A stretch of 64,000 bases of DNA from Squalus acanthias (GCA_030390025.1 CM059434.1:45136001-45200000); one strand, 5' to 3'. Positions 49,556-63,444 are shown, numbered from the stretch's first letter. Program-made: numbers and translations. The notes: generated by a model not told the origin, from the letters alone.

Positions 49556-50559
49556 ATATAGACTGTTGGAAAATAACAGTCTTTGCTTTGTGGACTCTGC
49601 AATTGTGAAATTAAACCTATTTATATGCTACAGATTATTGGTTCTGTAACTCTTATTTTGTTTCAGCACAAGAGAATTTCACAGCTCAGTCTCATGGTGA
49701 AACAACAGACTATGATTCAAGGTACAGTGCACTTAATCCAAATCAACACATGCGAGCCCCACTGATCATTAAAGCGGTTTTAATATTGGGCTTAGCAGGT
49801 TTTGGTGCTGCCAGTCCTGATGCATGGGTTTTGCGCAGATTGTAGCAACCTCAAATTAAACTTTCCAGATCCACTTAATGGGTCACTGGGAAGAACCGGT
49901 TAAAAATTAAAAAACATATCTTCGCAGTGGCCAGATTTAGCAAATCCCACAAGATTACATTGAAGTTGCTAATGAGTGTGCAAAACCCACTCGTCAGGAA
50001 CTGGCGACACTGACAGTGAGCTCCAAGCTCAGTATAAAAGCAACTTGAGTGAACATACAGCTACATATGGGGTTTCGCAAGGATGAATCAATTATTACAA
50101 ACAAATCACTAGAAGTATGGATTATGACGAGCAAATTCGACTGTAGCTCTTCGATATCAGGCCAGTAGGCAATTTTGGCTATTGCCCATGAAAGCAACTC
50201 AATTGGTTATGTTGGTGCTCAATAAGTAACAGATCTCCTTGTGCAGTTTACAGCTTTTCTGGCATTGGGCCAGTTTCTAAAAGCGCTGCAGTGTGTTTAT
50301 TGCTGGCCCATAATTGGAATTCATCTGGAAAGACAATTGCTCACACTTAAGTGATGAGTGACGATGGTATGAATTCAAGTCTGGAGCAATGTGTACCAAC
50401 AGGAGATTAATTTCAGGAAGCTGACCAGAAGCCACTCCACTCAATACCAGGTTTAGTTATACAGCCATGGAAGTTTGAGTGTTGCATTGTTCCAAGTTAT
50501 TCAAAAGGGGCAGTTAAGGTAAATCAAAGCTTCAAATAATAAAAAAACGATATCAATGC

Positions 50560-51000
50560 AAGTTGTTGAACATTGTAAAATATTCCAAGGAACTTCACAG
50601 GAGTGTAATTGGACCATTGAATCAGAAGTTTATGTCACAGAAGGAGGCCATTCGACTCATTGTGACTGCGCCAGATCAAAACTGACATCAAGCCAAAGGA
50701 GGAGATATTAAGAGGGGTGATTAAAAGCTTGATCAAAAAGGAGGGGGCCAAGGATAGATCTTTCGGGGACTCGAGATAACTGCGCAGGGCAGTCCCACTC
50801 AGCTGGACAACAGATAGGTGTTAGAGCAGGATGGCTTGGTTGACTGTCAAAGGCTGCAGAGAGGTAGAGAAGGATGGTCGGTGACAAAGGATGTCATTTG
50901 TGACTTTGATTAGGGCCATTTAAGTGCTGTAGCAGGGACTAAAGCCTGATTGGAGAGGTTCAAACATTGGAATTGTGGGGAAAATGGGCACAGATTTGGG
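50560..51000 (-). mobile_element. L2 LINE fragment
   Basis: Partly the reverse complement of the 58245-59164 L2 (e.g. AGCCAAAGGAGGAGATATT vs AATATCTCCTTCTTTGGCT). Confidence 0.6.
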
Positions 51001-51561
51001 AGTAACTATCCTCAACATCAAGACAGCATTTGACCTAGTATAACACCAACACTTACAAAACTATGTGCATGAAATCATATAATTTAGAGTCACACCACAC
51101 ACATCGAGAATTGTGCATGCATGCCAAGGCAAAAGCAAAATGGGTGCAAGATTTTACCATTATGCATCTGCATTCCTATGTGAGAGGTATTTGTTTTTAG
51201 ATGCTGGCCTCGATATCTTCTTTCATTCCTGCTGTGTTGCGAGTCATTCCTGCTTTAGTAGATGCTAACTGATCTTGGTGGCATTAATAGCCCTTCAGAG
51301 AAGCTAGTCATTGCAATTAAAAAATATATTTTTGTATTTCCAATTAATACTCAACACAGTAGAATTAATTTAAGAGGTTGATGCCAGTACATTGCTTCGC
51401 TATTTATTTAGCTACAGCTGGAGAAAAAAATCACTGGTGGAAAATGGAAAATAAAGTACCCCAGTACCAGAGCTTCAACGTGCACTTATTCCAAGTAAGT
51501 CAGCCAAGAAAGTAACACTTACTTCATGCATAAAGTCGACAGTTAAAAGTTATCTTCTTAC

Positions 51562-51656
51562 CAGTACAAGTGGTGTGCCACACAAACATTTCCCAGAGCT
51601 CGAGACAAAAGGAATTTCACTAAGGCATTGTCTAGGTAACACTCGTGCTTCACAGC
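51562..51656 (-). CDS. PIK3C2A: PI3K-C2alpha exon (PIK helical domain)
   Basis: [31 protein letters not shown]; 95 nt. Confidence 0.95.
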
Positions 51657-52889
51657 CTATAAATAAAACAGGTAGCAACAATGTAAATCCCACTGTATTC
51701 ACAAACACAAATTCCTAACCTCTTTAAAAAAAAATTAAACAGCATGAGCCCTATTGAGAGCGGCAGGATTTCCATAATTCAAAAATGTCCATCATTTAAA
51801 AATAAATTATTCTACAAACGGTGGGTCATTTGTGTGAGGTGTTTTGCCCTATTCTACTTTAAATGAGAAATAAATACAAGATAACATTTTTTGAGCTGAC
51901 AGAATTTGAATGTAATAATAAAAGCCCAAAGGTACTGTACATCAAATCAAGAAAAGCAAATGGTTAGATAATTGGTAGCAGCAGAATAGACCCAGAGTTC
52001 AGATCTACCTCGACCAGTAACTGGACAGCATCACCACTTACACAGATCAATTAACCCAAGTTCTGCCTTTTGCTGTGGTTCAAAGAATAGACACACAGAT
52101 AAATGAAAGCTAAAAATGTACCTTTAATTATTTGAGGGTTTAAAAACTAGTTTAACTATTGTTTGTCAAATCCCCTTGTATACACAAAATTGTTCTTGCT
52201 CACAAATGTGCACAAGAGTGACATCTGTGCTCTTTGCCCAATACTTTATGGATTTCAATGCATTTGCTGAAAAATATGAATTCCAATATAGCAATTCGTA
52301 CAGGAAAAATTGTAAAGTGCATTTTCTTCATATATATGTGTTTTTGAGAATAGATCCATTTAATTGGACTTAATACTTAAAGCTAAATAAATTCAATGTG
52401 TTGCTGTCTGTTTAAAAAATCTGTTTGGAAAATTAAATACATATGAACATTCATTTTTTTTTTTTAAATACTGAAAAATTCACTGCCTAATAGGAGAAGC
52501 CAAGTTTGATCCCTGGTCTATTTTTGTTACTTAGGCTCACACATAAGAATTGCCACTTGGACTAGGTATTACAGCGCTGGCGTCACCTGTGGAACCATAC
52601 CCTAAGGCCAATGCCTTTCAACAGAGACCAAGCGAAAAAGAAAAATGTGTGGTGGTGGGGGGGGAATACTAATTCAAAGCAAATACTTCTAACAGTTAAT
52701 TTTAAATAAGTCAGTCCAAGATTCTTTCAAGGAGCTCTACAAGTAATCCCGTTCCTCAGTGAGCAAATTTAAGTTGTGCCAGCCAGGGGATCACATTATT
52801 ATCACTGCTGAGAATTGTGTTTTAATTCAGGCTAATTGCAAGTTGGTGCCATCTCCTCTGAAGTTTTGTAAAGCTCCACAAAGCCTCGA

Positions 52890-53344
52890 GTGTCAGCTGT
52901 GGCTCAATGGGTAGCACACGCGCCTCAGAGTCAGAAGGTTGTGGGTTCAAGTCCCACTCCAGGGACTTGCGCACATAAATCTAGGCCGACACTCCAGTGC
53001 AGCGCTGAGTGTGTGCTGCACTGTCGGAGGTGCCGTCTTTCAGATGAGACGTTAAACCGAGGCCCCGTCTGCTCTCAGGTGGACGTAAAAGATCCCATGG
53101 CACTATTTTGAAGAGAGCAAGGGAGTTATCCCCAGTGTCCTGGCCAATATTTATCCCTCAATCAACACAACAAAAACCAGATTATCTGGTCATTACCACA
53201 TTGCTGTTTGTGGGAGCTTGCTGTGCACAAATTGGCTGCCGCATTTCCCACATTACAACAGTGACTACACTTCAAAAGTAAAGCACTTTGAGACGTCCGG
53301 TGGTCGTGAAAAGCGCTATATAAGTGCAAGTCTTTCTTTCTTTC
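52890..53344 (+). mobile_element. tRNA-derived DeuSINE (SacSINE1-like), full length
   Basis: A box TGGCTCAATGGG (52900-52911), B box GGTTCAAGTCC (52944-52954), Deu domain, L2-like tail ending (TCTT)n. Confidence 0.88.
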
Positions 53345-53457
53345 AGATTAACCTGCATACAACAGGATGTGCATTAGGAAACAGAAGGTTGTTCAATACA
53401 CAATAGTTTGCACTGTGGAGGGTCCAAATGTTTCAGATTACAAACAAACCAACATAC

Positions 53458-53551
53458 CTCTACAAATTGAGGCAGATAATCAACCAGTTCATCGTCAGTC
53501 ATTATTTCAATCCAGTTCATTGCCGTACTTCGTACTTCCTGATCTGCAAAC
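53458..53551 (-). CDS. PIK3C2A: PI3K-C2alpha exon (PIK helical domain)
   Basis: [31 protein letters not shown]; 94 nt. Confidence 0.96.
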
Positions 53552-53789
53552 CTACAAAGAACCACCATGGTTAAAAGCTCCAAACGTGCTGTTTTAAAAT
53601 ACAGTAGAGACTTTGCAACATCTTTCATTTACAATTCCAATTCAAATTATATTCTTCAAACTTCCAGTACCATTGAAACTCGCAGATACCACATAGAACC
53701 AACTATAAACAACTGCGATTATAAGTTTAGGAAGTCACTAGATGGGACTCAAGCACTTTAATCCCATGAATTAAATGCTACAAAAGTGC

Positions 53790-54170
53790 ATTTCATGTGC
53801 CTTTTCTTTTTCCTCCCCTGCCAGTTTTCTTTTCCCCTTCTATTAAGGATGTCCACTCCTTTGAATGGTACTGTTCCATGCAGAACAGTCACCATCCAGT
53901 ATCTTGCACAAGTGCTCATTGCTCATGGGTGAACCATTAAAAGGCCATCACAGGTGAGCCAGATTCTGCCCTCACTAAATGCTCACACTTCCAACCATGG
54001 GTTGTGAATAGCATTCAGGAATAGCTGTCCTGGCCTGTCCTTAACATAAGGGCGTGGATACCAACTGTAGCACTCCTACTGCTGCACCAGCTGAGATCAG
54101 CTAACTCAGCACAGAGAGCACGGATCAAACCTGGGACCTTCTTGGTCTGTATTGTTCCGTCACTCAGTGA
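53790..54170 (-). mobile_element. Degenerate tRNA-derived SINE
   Basis: CCAGCTGAGATCAGCTAACTCAGCACAG...GGATCAAACCTGGGACC (B-box-like on minus). Confidence 0.55.
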
Positions 54171-54661
54171 AAACTTGCCGAGTGATGAAGGAAGTTCTAT
54201 TATCTTGCGGAAGAGACACAATTTGAGAAGGGGAAAGGATCACTTTGACAGTAGGCATATTATAATACCATATATTTTTTTTAAAAATACCATCTTTTCA
54301 ATCTACTGTTAAGATATGGGTCATTCTGGGATAGAGTTCTATGGGGAACCTCTAGTACCTTGACCACATTGTCTAGGCTCACACCAGAGTAGCAGCAATT
54401 GCCGGCAGATGACTTCACCAGCGAGGGCTTCACAACCGAGCCCAGTCATATTCTCAGCCAATGTCCACACTGATTAAAGGGAGAAAAGATCTCGGATAGT
54501 GTATTTCAGTTGCACACTTCTGACTGGGAAGCATTGCACAGTCACCAGAAGCAGGACCTCTGGCTGTTGTTCACCAGCAGCAGGCCAGAGAAAAAACTAG
54601 GCTACACTGCAGTTATGTTTTTAAAAACAACTTCAATTCAGTCATTAGTCAGAAAGCTTAC

Positions 54662-54850
54662 TTAGAATCCAGTAGTTCCAGGGCAGAGACAGGAGAGAGT
54701 GGTGTCCATTGATGGAGCAGAGAGTAGACCTCTGGTAGCGTATCCCAGTCCCAACTTGGCACACTAGCAAGTATCTTAGGAAGGCTGTTATTATGGGAAA
54801 AACAGTAACGTCTCTTATCCCACAAAAGTTCTTTATCTGCCTTGGAAAGT
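54662..54850 (-). CDS. PIK3C2A: PI3K-C2alpha exon (PIK helical domain)
   Basis: [62 protein letters not shown]; 189 nt. Confidence 0.96.
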
Positions 54851-56939
54851 CTGCAGATTTAAAAAAGTGAGTTTGTTAGAATTATTACTTGCATTATTCT
54901 CTTATTTTAGCTTGATACTACTATAAACAATACCCCCCTCCAAATGTTATCCTCTTTACTCTCAAAGGTGTCAGCATGCTGCATTACATCCCTCAGTCAT
55001 TAAACACTCTCTGGTATCTCTCCCAGGTGGCCTTTATCCATACAAGAGTTAAGACAGCAACTATCAGGAGGCTACTGGATCGTGGAGGCCATCACAACCC
55101 ACCCTGTTCCTGTCCTCAATTAATGTCCACACACATGCACTTTCCAGCAGGGGTCTCTACATAACATTTAGGAGCAAGATTATATCAAGCTTCAGATTCT
55201 CACCCGAGCCCAGCTGGAAAGCCTTGGCATTTATAACTCGGGAAATCTGACTCCAAAAAACACTTCAGCTTCAAAACAAAGACATGATTTATTCCAGACA
55301 CAGTGATTAAGAAGTTCCTCATACACTTTCAATTTGCATCAGCAGAAATGCCCCAAATATCCTATTACAGGTAAAATATAATGGAATGTACACACTTGTT
55401 TGCTGCTGTAACTGATTGAAGGGTTGAGGGAAAGAAGAGAAAAGCAATTAATTTCACAGGTTTTTGCAAATATGTTTTGCATTTCTGTTCAGATGCTCAT
55501 TCCCAAAAGTATTGCTAATTTCACAAGAAATCAAATGCTCTTGAACCACCTGTTGCACATCAAAATTGCAGTCAGTTAAACAAGTACACCAGTACACCAA
55601 GGACTTGCAGTTAAAGGACCAAATTGCAAGTAACCATACCTAGCACTCAAAGGTTAATGCATAATGCATATCTCTGTAATAGAGACTAGAATCTTAAGTG
55701 ACGCCTTGCCATTGATAAAGTTTTGTAAATGTTTAAATAGTCAAATATACAAATGATTTCATACATTGGCATTTGATGACTACTGGTACGTTTCATAGAA
55801 GCATTACACTGACTATTTTGCAATTCAGCAAGTGGATGTAACCAAATACTGCATGAAGTGTCTAATGTAAGTGTGCCAGCAACTCCTCTGCCAATGTATA
55901 CTTCAGCTCTACTGTCTGGGTGCTGGTTAAAGAGAGAGGCTGGCAATATAACTCCACAATGGCCTGGTGGGAAAGGGCACTGTTTGATGCAGCACTAAGT
56001 CATATGGACCAAATGATGCAGGTTTGATTCCTGGCCGGCATAGAATTAGATTACACAGCCAGAGCTGAGGAGCTACGGTCTTACATAAGTGAGAGGGGAC
56101 ATGGTGAGGTTCAGCTGTGATATTCCCCCATGGCCAAATAGACACATACACACTTAAATCTAGGCGCATGCATGAAGAATTGCTACTCAAGAAAGTTACT
56201 GGAGGGCTGCTGGCACCCCAGGCTATGCAACTATTCTGCAGGCACAACAGAAATTTAGGCAACATATTATTTGGAGCTACATTGTAAGCATCTAACTCAT
56301 ATTTAAAATTTAAAATAATCGTTATAATCTTCTTTTAATCTTCTAACAAGTTTTTAATCTCAACCTGCAGTCGCTGATTGCAAGATGGAGCATTAAATCA
56401 ATACAATGCAGAGCAGAAATCCTAACCAAAGTCATGCAGGAACCTGTGCAGATTTAAAGCCAGTTTAAATAACCACGTACATTTCCTTCACATTAGAATT
56501 TCCATATATGGTGGTGGTAAAGAACAGAAATGACACCCAATCATTGGCACCATTTTGATTAGAAAAATCTACCAACATCCACACATGATGGCAGCAACTG
56601 GCAAAGATGCAGGAAGGAAGGAAGGAAATAGATATGCAGTAGCTCTGCTACAAGCAGCTGGCCTCCGCAATGGAAAATGATGCACTGAATTTATCCCCGG
56701 CTCCACCTACTTTTCCTCCCTCTCGCTCAGGAGTCGGTTTTTGTTCTACAACTAATCCAGTTTGGAGCAGCTAACTCAGCAGACCAGGAGAATTGAACTC
56801 GGGTCATTCTGGCCTGTATGGTTTAATGATACGTCGCTTTTACCAACAGCCTTCTGGGGAGCGACCCACTTTTCTCGGTCTTTGAGGAATGCCTTTAACA
56901 TACATTCTGCCTTTTACAAGCAGGATTAATCTTTTCAGG

Positions 56940-57168
56940 AATAAAAACAGAAAATGCTGGAAATACTCAGCAGGTCAGGCAGCATCTGTGGAGAGAGAAA
57001 CAGAGTTAACATTTCAGGTCGATGACCCTTCGTTAGAACAGTTCTGATGAAGGGTCATTGACCTGAAACGTTAACTTCTCTCCACAGATGCTGCCTGACC
57101 TGCTGAGTATTTCCAGCATTTTCTGTTTTTATTTCAGATTTCCAGCATCCGCAGTACTTTGCTTTTGT
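56940..57168. mobile_element. Penelope-derived inverted-pLTR hairpin element with 15-bp TSD
   Basis: ~100-bp inverted arms centred near 57040; TSD ATTAATCTTTTCAGG at 56925-56939 and 57169-57183. Confidence 0.8.
57040..57076 (+). ncRNA. Minimal type I hammerhead ribozyme motif
   Basis: AGTT-CTGATGA-AGGGTC att GACCT-GAAAC-GTT-AACT: conserved core, stem I AGTT/AACT, stem II GGTC/GACC, palindromic ACGT stem III. Confidence 0.65.
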
Positions 57169-57517
57169 ATTAATCTTTTCAGGGTCAGGGAAAAAAAAAG
57201 TTGCCCTTTTCCTCATTAAGTGAACTGGAGACCATCAGCCAAGTAAAACTATGAAAGAATTCATTTTGGAAACTTGAGCCATTACATCTGGATACCATTT
57301 CACCTCTATTTAATCAACTGATAGCTTCCAGCTTAAGTGATATACCAGATGAAGATCACTTATTTGTAGCACTTCATTTATTCAAAACACGAGATTGCAT
57401 ATCTAAATTAACACGACCTTTGTAAACTAAACTTCTAAACGTGTTGCCTTGAATGGGGGCCTACATATGGTAACAAAATCAAAATGAAACTGAAACATGT
57501 CCACAGGAAGAACCTAC

Positions 57518-57657
57518 TCAAATGTCAAATCTTTGGCAAACACGTCAAGAAGCTGTTCCTGGAAACCTTGATCTAGTGTTTCAAACCCAAGCTCGACCAT
57601 TCGGCTGGACTGCGGAGGACAGTAGACAATATCAAAGGTGAAGGATGGAAAGTCCAC
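57518..57657 (-). CDS. PIK3C2A: PI3K-C2alpha exon
   Basis: VDFPSFTFDIVYCPPQSSRMVELGFETLDQGFQEQLLDVFAKDLTF; 140 nt. Confidence 0.93.
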
Positions 57658-58244
57658 CTAAATTAAAAATTAAGCAAAAATGTTAGAATCTGCTTCCTAG
57701 TGTTACCTGTTGTACACAAAACAGACATACAGTAGCATATTTAAAAAAAAACAGTTGTGGATGTTTAGCTGGTCCAAAGTCAGAGATTCAATACCTAGAA
57801 TGCATCTTGCCCAGGATTCCTAGAGGCCCACCATGAAAACCACCAAATGAAGACAGTGCATGCTCTCCAGCACTTTTGTCCAAAGTATAATTAAACATGA
57901 AAAAATGCTTTAATTAGGAGAGTTCTCTTAAATTAACATCCTGTTAAATACTGATAACGACTGAGGCAACTCGGGCAGCTACCACTATATTCTGTGCCGA
58001 GTGTATGAAGGTCTGAAAGATAATTGTGCGCGCAAAAGGCCAAATGCAAAACCTTGCTACATGTGCACAATAAATGCAAAATATACAAGCAACTTTCTGA
58101 AACTCTATGTTGCAATTTAAAAAGTCAATTACCAAAATCTAAGGGCAACCATGTCAAGTTAAAATTTGACCCTGGCTACAGTGCGGTCATCTGGTTTAAT
58201 GCAGTTATCATGACAATCATGACCAAAGTCTAATCTAGCTGTGA

Positions 58245-59164
58245 TTGTGACCATGGTACACTAGCCTTCATCATTCTCAACCTCTGCAGCCTTTGACACG
58301 GTCGACCATGTTATCCTCCTCCAACACCTTTCCTCCATTGTCCAACTGAGGGGGACTGCCCTCACCTGGTCCTACTCCTGCCTATCCATTCATAGCCAGA
58401 GAATCTCCTGCAATGGCTTCTCTTCCCACCTCCAGAGTGCTTCAAGGATCTATGCTTGGTCCTCTTCTATTTCCCATCTACTTGCTGCCCCTCAGGTGAT
58501 GATATCAGAAGGCACGATTTCAGGCTCCACATGTACCCAGCCCTACCTCACTACAACTCCCCCTCCACTGCTTCTGGCTTGTCCAACATCCATTCCTGGA
58601 TCAGCTGCAATTTCCTCCAAGAACTAAGCCACTATCGTCGGGCCCTGCCACAAAATTCATTTCCTTCGCCTGAGTCCATCCCCCTCCCCGGCCCCCTGAA
58701 TTAGACTGTTTGCAACACGACATCCCATGTATCCCTTTAGACCCCGAGCTGAGCTTCCAACCCCATATCCTCTACATCATCAAGGCTGCCTACTTCCACC
58801 TCCGTAATATCGCCATCTCCGCCCCTGCTGCAATCCATCTACTGCCGAAACCCTCATCTATGCTTTTGTAACCTCCAGACTCAACTATTCCAATGCTCTC
58901 TGCATTGCTCCAACTCTGGCCTCTTGCACAACCCCAGTCCCTCACCCCACCAATGGCTGCTGTGCCCTCAACCGTCTAGGCCCTAAGCTCTGAAATTCCC
59001 TCCTTGAAACTCTCCTCCTCCAAGTCCCTTCTTAAAACGTCTCTCTTTGACTAATCTTTTAGCCACCCCTCCCAATATCTCCTTCTTTGGCTCTGTGACA
59101 ATTTTGATCCGATTACATTCCTGTAAAGTTTCCTATGTTAGAGGCACTATATAAATGCAAGTTG
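58245..59164 (+). mobile_element. L2 LINE 3' portion (degenerate RT)
   Basis: AAFDTVDHVILLQHL RT motif; 3' tail GGCACTATATAAATGCAAGTTG shared with the DeuSINE tail. Confidence 0.8.
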
Positions 59165-59234
59165 CACATCCCTAATTTGGATGATAGATGTTAAATATTG
59201 CCAATCTTAAATACTAAGCATCATGTACTGAATA

Positions 59235-59880
59235 ATAGAATCATAGTATTTAAAGCATAGAAAGAAGCTTTTTAGGCATCTGCAGGTGCTAGCTGTTCAA
59301 CTAGAGCCATCTACAATTCCCAGAATCCTTTTCATATTCTTCCTTTTTCAAATATTTATCCAGTTCCCCAAGATCTTTGCCTCAATAGCCACTTGTGGTA
59401 AGGCATTCCATGGTCTAATACCCCTCTATTTGGGGGGGGGGGGGGTGCAATAAAAGGAACTTCCCCTTTGCCCTTCCAGCAATAATCCTCAATATGTGTC
59501 TCCTCGTTACTGATTCGTGAAGTGGAAACAATCTTTCACTATTTACTCTCAAAACACTTCAATTTTGAAAACCTCTATTAGACCCCCTCCCAGATCTCCT
59601 CTCATGAAGAAAAGCCCCATTTTTGAGCCTTCCTTGCTAACTATAAATTCCTCATTCCTGGCATTATTAGAGTGAATAGTCACTATATCCTTTCCAGAGC
59701 AAAATATCCTTGCAATAATGGGACACCCAGAACTACACACAATAGTCCAAATATGGCTTAACCAATGTCTCATACAAATTGAGCATCACTTTGTTGCTCT
59801 TATAGATACCCATGTGCAAAACCCAGAATACCATTTGCCTCAGAACCTTTTCTACCTTTACTGCTCTTTAATGATTTATG
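59235..59880 (-). mobile_element. CR1 LINE 3' fragment
   Basis: Similar to 25290-26470 (CCCAGAACTACACACAATAGTCC; minus-strand GLIEVFKI). Confidence 0.65.
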
Positions 59881-60009
59881 TATCTAATGTCTGATCATTA
59901 TAAACATTTAAGCCATCACTATTAAAAAAATCAATTAAATTCACCCATTGCAATCTTTTTTCAATGCACCCTTTTATTGAAAAATGAAGCTGCACCCAAT
60001 AGGTTATTG

Positions 60010-60055
60010 CAGCTGAATCTATAGTGGTTCACCAGCTGAATCTATAGTGGTTCAC
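60010..60055. repeat. Perfect 23-bp tandem duplication
   Basis: CAGCTGAATCTATAGTGGTTCAC x2. Confidence 0.95.
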
Positions 60056-60654
60056 AAAGTCATCCTGTCCAAGGAAAACATACAAAAGGCACATATAATA
60101 AAAATCAATTCATTAGCTAAATTCAGAAAAAGAAAACAAATTAGATTCAACAGTAAAAGCACTCAACAGTAAAAAAGCTGTTTTGAGCAGAAAAAGCCTG
60201 GGCCAAGTTGACCAACTTTTGTTCAAATATGCTAGCCCATGAATGCAGTGAGAACCATCATTTATTGTGATGGGAAATCTGTGACTTGTTGATTGGTGCC
60301 CAGTACAATTTCTCAGTCTTTCAGCAATGACTCGGGTCAGCTGAGATATTTGTCCTCATAATTGGTCTCATCCATATCCAGTTTTGGTCATTCTATAGTC
60401 AGAAAACTAGGCTTAGTTACAATAATTCATTCTTTTAAACAGTTAAACTTGTCTTTGAACAAATCTTGCTCCCTATGATAACTGGAAAAGTTAATTGTAC
60501 GTTATCACTCTCAATTTGAATTTGCAAGTAGAAACAGAATTACATAGAAAAGTCCTTTTTTGAGCAGAAAATGACAAAACACAGCTTTAGAGGTTAAATC
60601 TCTTGCAGAATGAACCTTCTAATAGGAATTAACTGACCAGAGAGCTAAACTCAC

Positions 60655-60766
60655 TTGCAACACAATTCTCTCCATCGAGTTCCCTTTTTTGTTGATGGTC
60701 CCACCACTTGGATTCACAAGGATAGATGTCCAGAGACTAAGCAGTTTTGTTTCACTTGTCAACACA
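60655..60766 (-). CDS. PIK3C2A: PI3K-C2alpha exon (PI3K-type C2)
   Basis: VLTSETKLLSLWTSILVNPSGGTINKKGNSMERIVLQ; 112 nt. Confidence 0.94.
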
Positions 60767-60890
60767 CTAGTAAGACAAAAGGAAAAAATGACATGGGAGG
60801 GAAAATGCTGAAGTGTTAAATATACACCTAGAGAAATGGGGTACTTCCCCAAATTGTCACACACTGGACCACAATCTAGCATATTCTTAC

Positions 60891-61058
60891 CGATTAAAGT
60901 CAAAGAGAGGCATAGCAACTCGACCAAGGTACTCTGGTCCCTTCCGTTGCTTGTTAGAATCTGGTGATCCAGCTGCTGAGGGATTCAGAACTCCGTACAA
61001 ACTAAGACTTAGTATTGATTCAAGGGGCAATTGTGCAATCTGAACGGGGAAGCTGATT
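60891..61058 (-). CDS. PIK3C2A: PI3K-C2alpha exon (PI3K-type C2)
   Basis: [55 protein letters not shown]; 168 nt. Confidence 0.96.
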
Positions 61059-62865
61059 CTGGAAGGTGGAAACAAAAATAAAAGGTTGGTACTGCACTAC
61101 AAACACTGCAGACAATACTTATTTAAACACTGCAAACCTATTGGATTGGTCAAGTTGGAAGCTGGAGATAAACTTACAATGATAATTATCTCATAAGGTT
61201 TTCAGTATTGTCTCTACTGATTAATTCCAATCAGGAAAGTATTTTAAAATCAAATAACTTAAAAATACTTGATCGGTGGATGAGATTTTTGTTCCGTCCC
61301 CTAAGAAAATGAGGCATAGAACAGTTTCATAGGGAGACTTAAGCTACTGTTATATGACCATTTTAGTGTTGATGTGAAGCAGTTTCAGAAGCATCAACAT
61401 GAAAGTTGAGCCAACTCAAGTGCAGTAAAGACTACAAACCCTTTCTAGTCAATAGTCTTGCACTGCTTGGACTTTTTGTCAGGTGCAGTCTAACTTCAGC
61501 CTGGTGCCAAACCATGTTTTTTTTTCCCAGGGAATCTACCAGACCTTTCAGGAATTTTATAAATTTACTTTTGCCTCTTTATTGTTGAGAGAAATAGCAC
61601 TTCTGCCCTTCTCCAACATTAAAATTAACGATCATGGAGCGCAACTCTGCATTCTTTGCGAAGCATGAATGGTAGTAACTCCTTTGTCATTGAACTCACT
61701 GATGGCTGCACCTCCCTGCAATTTGCCCTGACCTGCAGGGAGATGAAACCCGCAAGATGACTAATCAATTCAAAAGGAAACAGCTGAACTGTTACTCACT
61801 GAAGACGTGGGTGGAAACTCACACTACCAGTAACACTGAGATCAAAAGAAAACCCACAAACATCTCCATTTGCAGCTCTTTCTAACCTTTCGTCTGTTCA
61901 AAATCTGGACATTATTTCAACACAAAAAAGTAGAAAGCCATGGGTAGCAGGCCAAAATATCGCAAAGGGACTAGAGAATATCCTCTATTAACTCATAAGT
62001 GAACAATTTGAATGGATCCCAATGATAGCATTGTAATGCACTAGGTCTGCACCAAACTTGAGTGAACTCATTTCTATGTCACAGGGAATATCGCATTTTC
62101 CTTTTTTCCCCCACTCATTTTCCTTTTAAAGTTATCGCTTCCAATAAGCTGTTCTCTTGCCTTCCTTTCCCACCTCTCCTTTTATCACCCAAAAGCAGAC
62201 ATCAGCAATCAAGCTGCACTGACATTTCATAATGATTTAATGAAAGCGTTAGAAAATCTCATTTAAACATGCGTAAACCTGATATTAGGAGTTAAAACTA
62301 CACAAATAGTAAAATAATAGTCTCCTTTGCAGGCATGTTTGCAATTCAAGAGTTCTATTACATTTTTGAGCAAATGTGGAAACGGTCAGTAAATAATGAA
62401 TACCTGTTTGGAATATTGAAATATAGGTAGCAAGTTGAAGCCTAAAATGGATAGTAAAGAATATACTATTGCAGCTTTGATACCGATGACACCACCCTGC
62501 AACCATTTGAGCCTTTAGACCAAAGCAAAACTAAAGTTGCTGTTAAAGTAGCATTTCAGTTGTCTTAAACAAGATTCAGGATTTATCTAAACCTCTGAAG
62601 ATACCGTTGGGTTCCAAGTCACCTCTTACCCAACAAGCCATCAACAGAACTAAACTGGAATCATTTTTTCTTTGTTTTTTTTCCTCTCCCTCCCTATCCT
62701 GGGAGGTGCTGACTCATAGGAGCAACATGGTTCCATGGGTGCAACTTGAGGTTCTGGTGCCTTACCCAGCTGGTCATTCTTCATGAGTTAGCCTGCACGG
62801 TCAGCAACAGCAGACGATTCGACCACAGACAGCATTGCAGCCGAGCCCAAACCAGTACTCACCCA

Positions 62866-62897
62866 ACACACACACACACACGCACACACACACACAA
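62866..62897. repeat. (CA)n microsatellite
   Basis: Interrupted CA run. Confidence 0.9.
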
Positions 62898-63321
62898 ACA
62901 TGCACTTTCTAGCAAGAGGCTGGTGGATAGTGAACATGAACAGGAACCATTGCGAATTTCTTCTTCCCAAATTGCAAGGGCGCTGATGCCACCTGTAGCA
63001 CCCTAATTGAAATAAGACACCTCAGCACATAGCAACTGAACCTGCAATTTTCTGTTCTTTGTAGTTTGGCAGTACACCAGCCAATGTATTTACCTACCAA
63101 ACTATCAGGGGAATCCTGTGAGATTTCAGTAGTTAAAAATAAAGTTGCAAGCAATTCCAGAAGTGTTATGAAAACACTCAACAGGCGTGCACCTGTATTG
63201 TACCAGGGAGTCAAAGACAAACAGACTGACTAAAATAGCAAGTTCTTACTAACTTTTGATTCCAAGGTGAATTACTTGCAGGACCCCATTTAGTTCACAT
63301 AAAAGCAGAGAATATACTCAC

Positions 63322-63444
63322 AGTTCATCCCATTTGATGCGGTAGAAAAAGCTGCGATACGTCCCAACTTTCTTAGATTGCACTGGTTTAAAAAGATCCT
63401 TCCCATTGTGCGTCAATGAACACATCAGAAAGTATTTCTCAAAA
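63322..63444 (-). CDS. PIK3C2A: PI3K-C2alpha exon (PI3K-type C2); gene continues beyond right edge
   Basis: [40 protein letters not shown]; 123 nt. Confidence 0.96.

Noticed and set aside
52890-52960. tRNA gene
   Set aside because: It is the tRNA-derived head of a SINE: no acceptor stem or terminator, and it continues into the Deu domain
59311-59329. ZNF143/STAF-like motif CTACAATTCCCAGAATCC
   Set aside because: Isolated match inside a decayed CR1 fragment deep in an intron, with no promoter context
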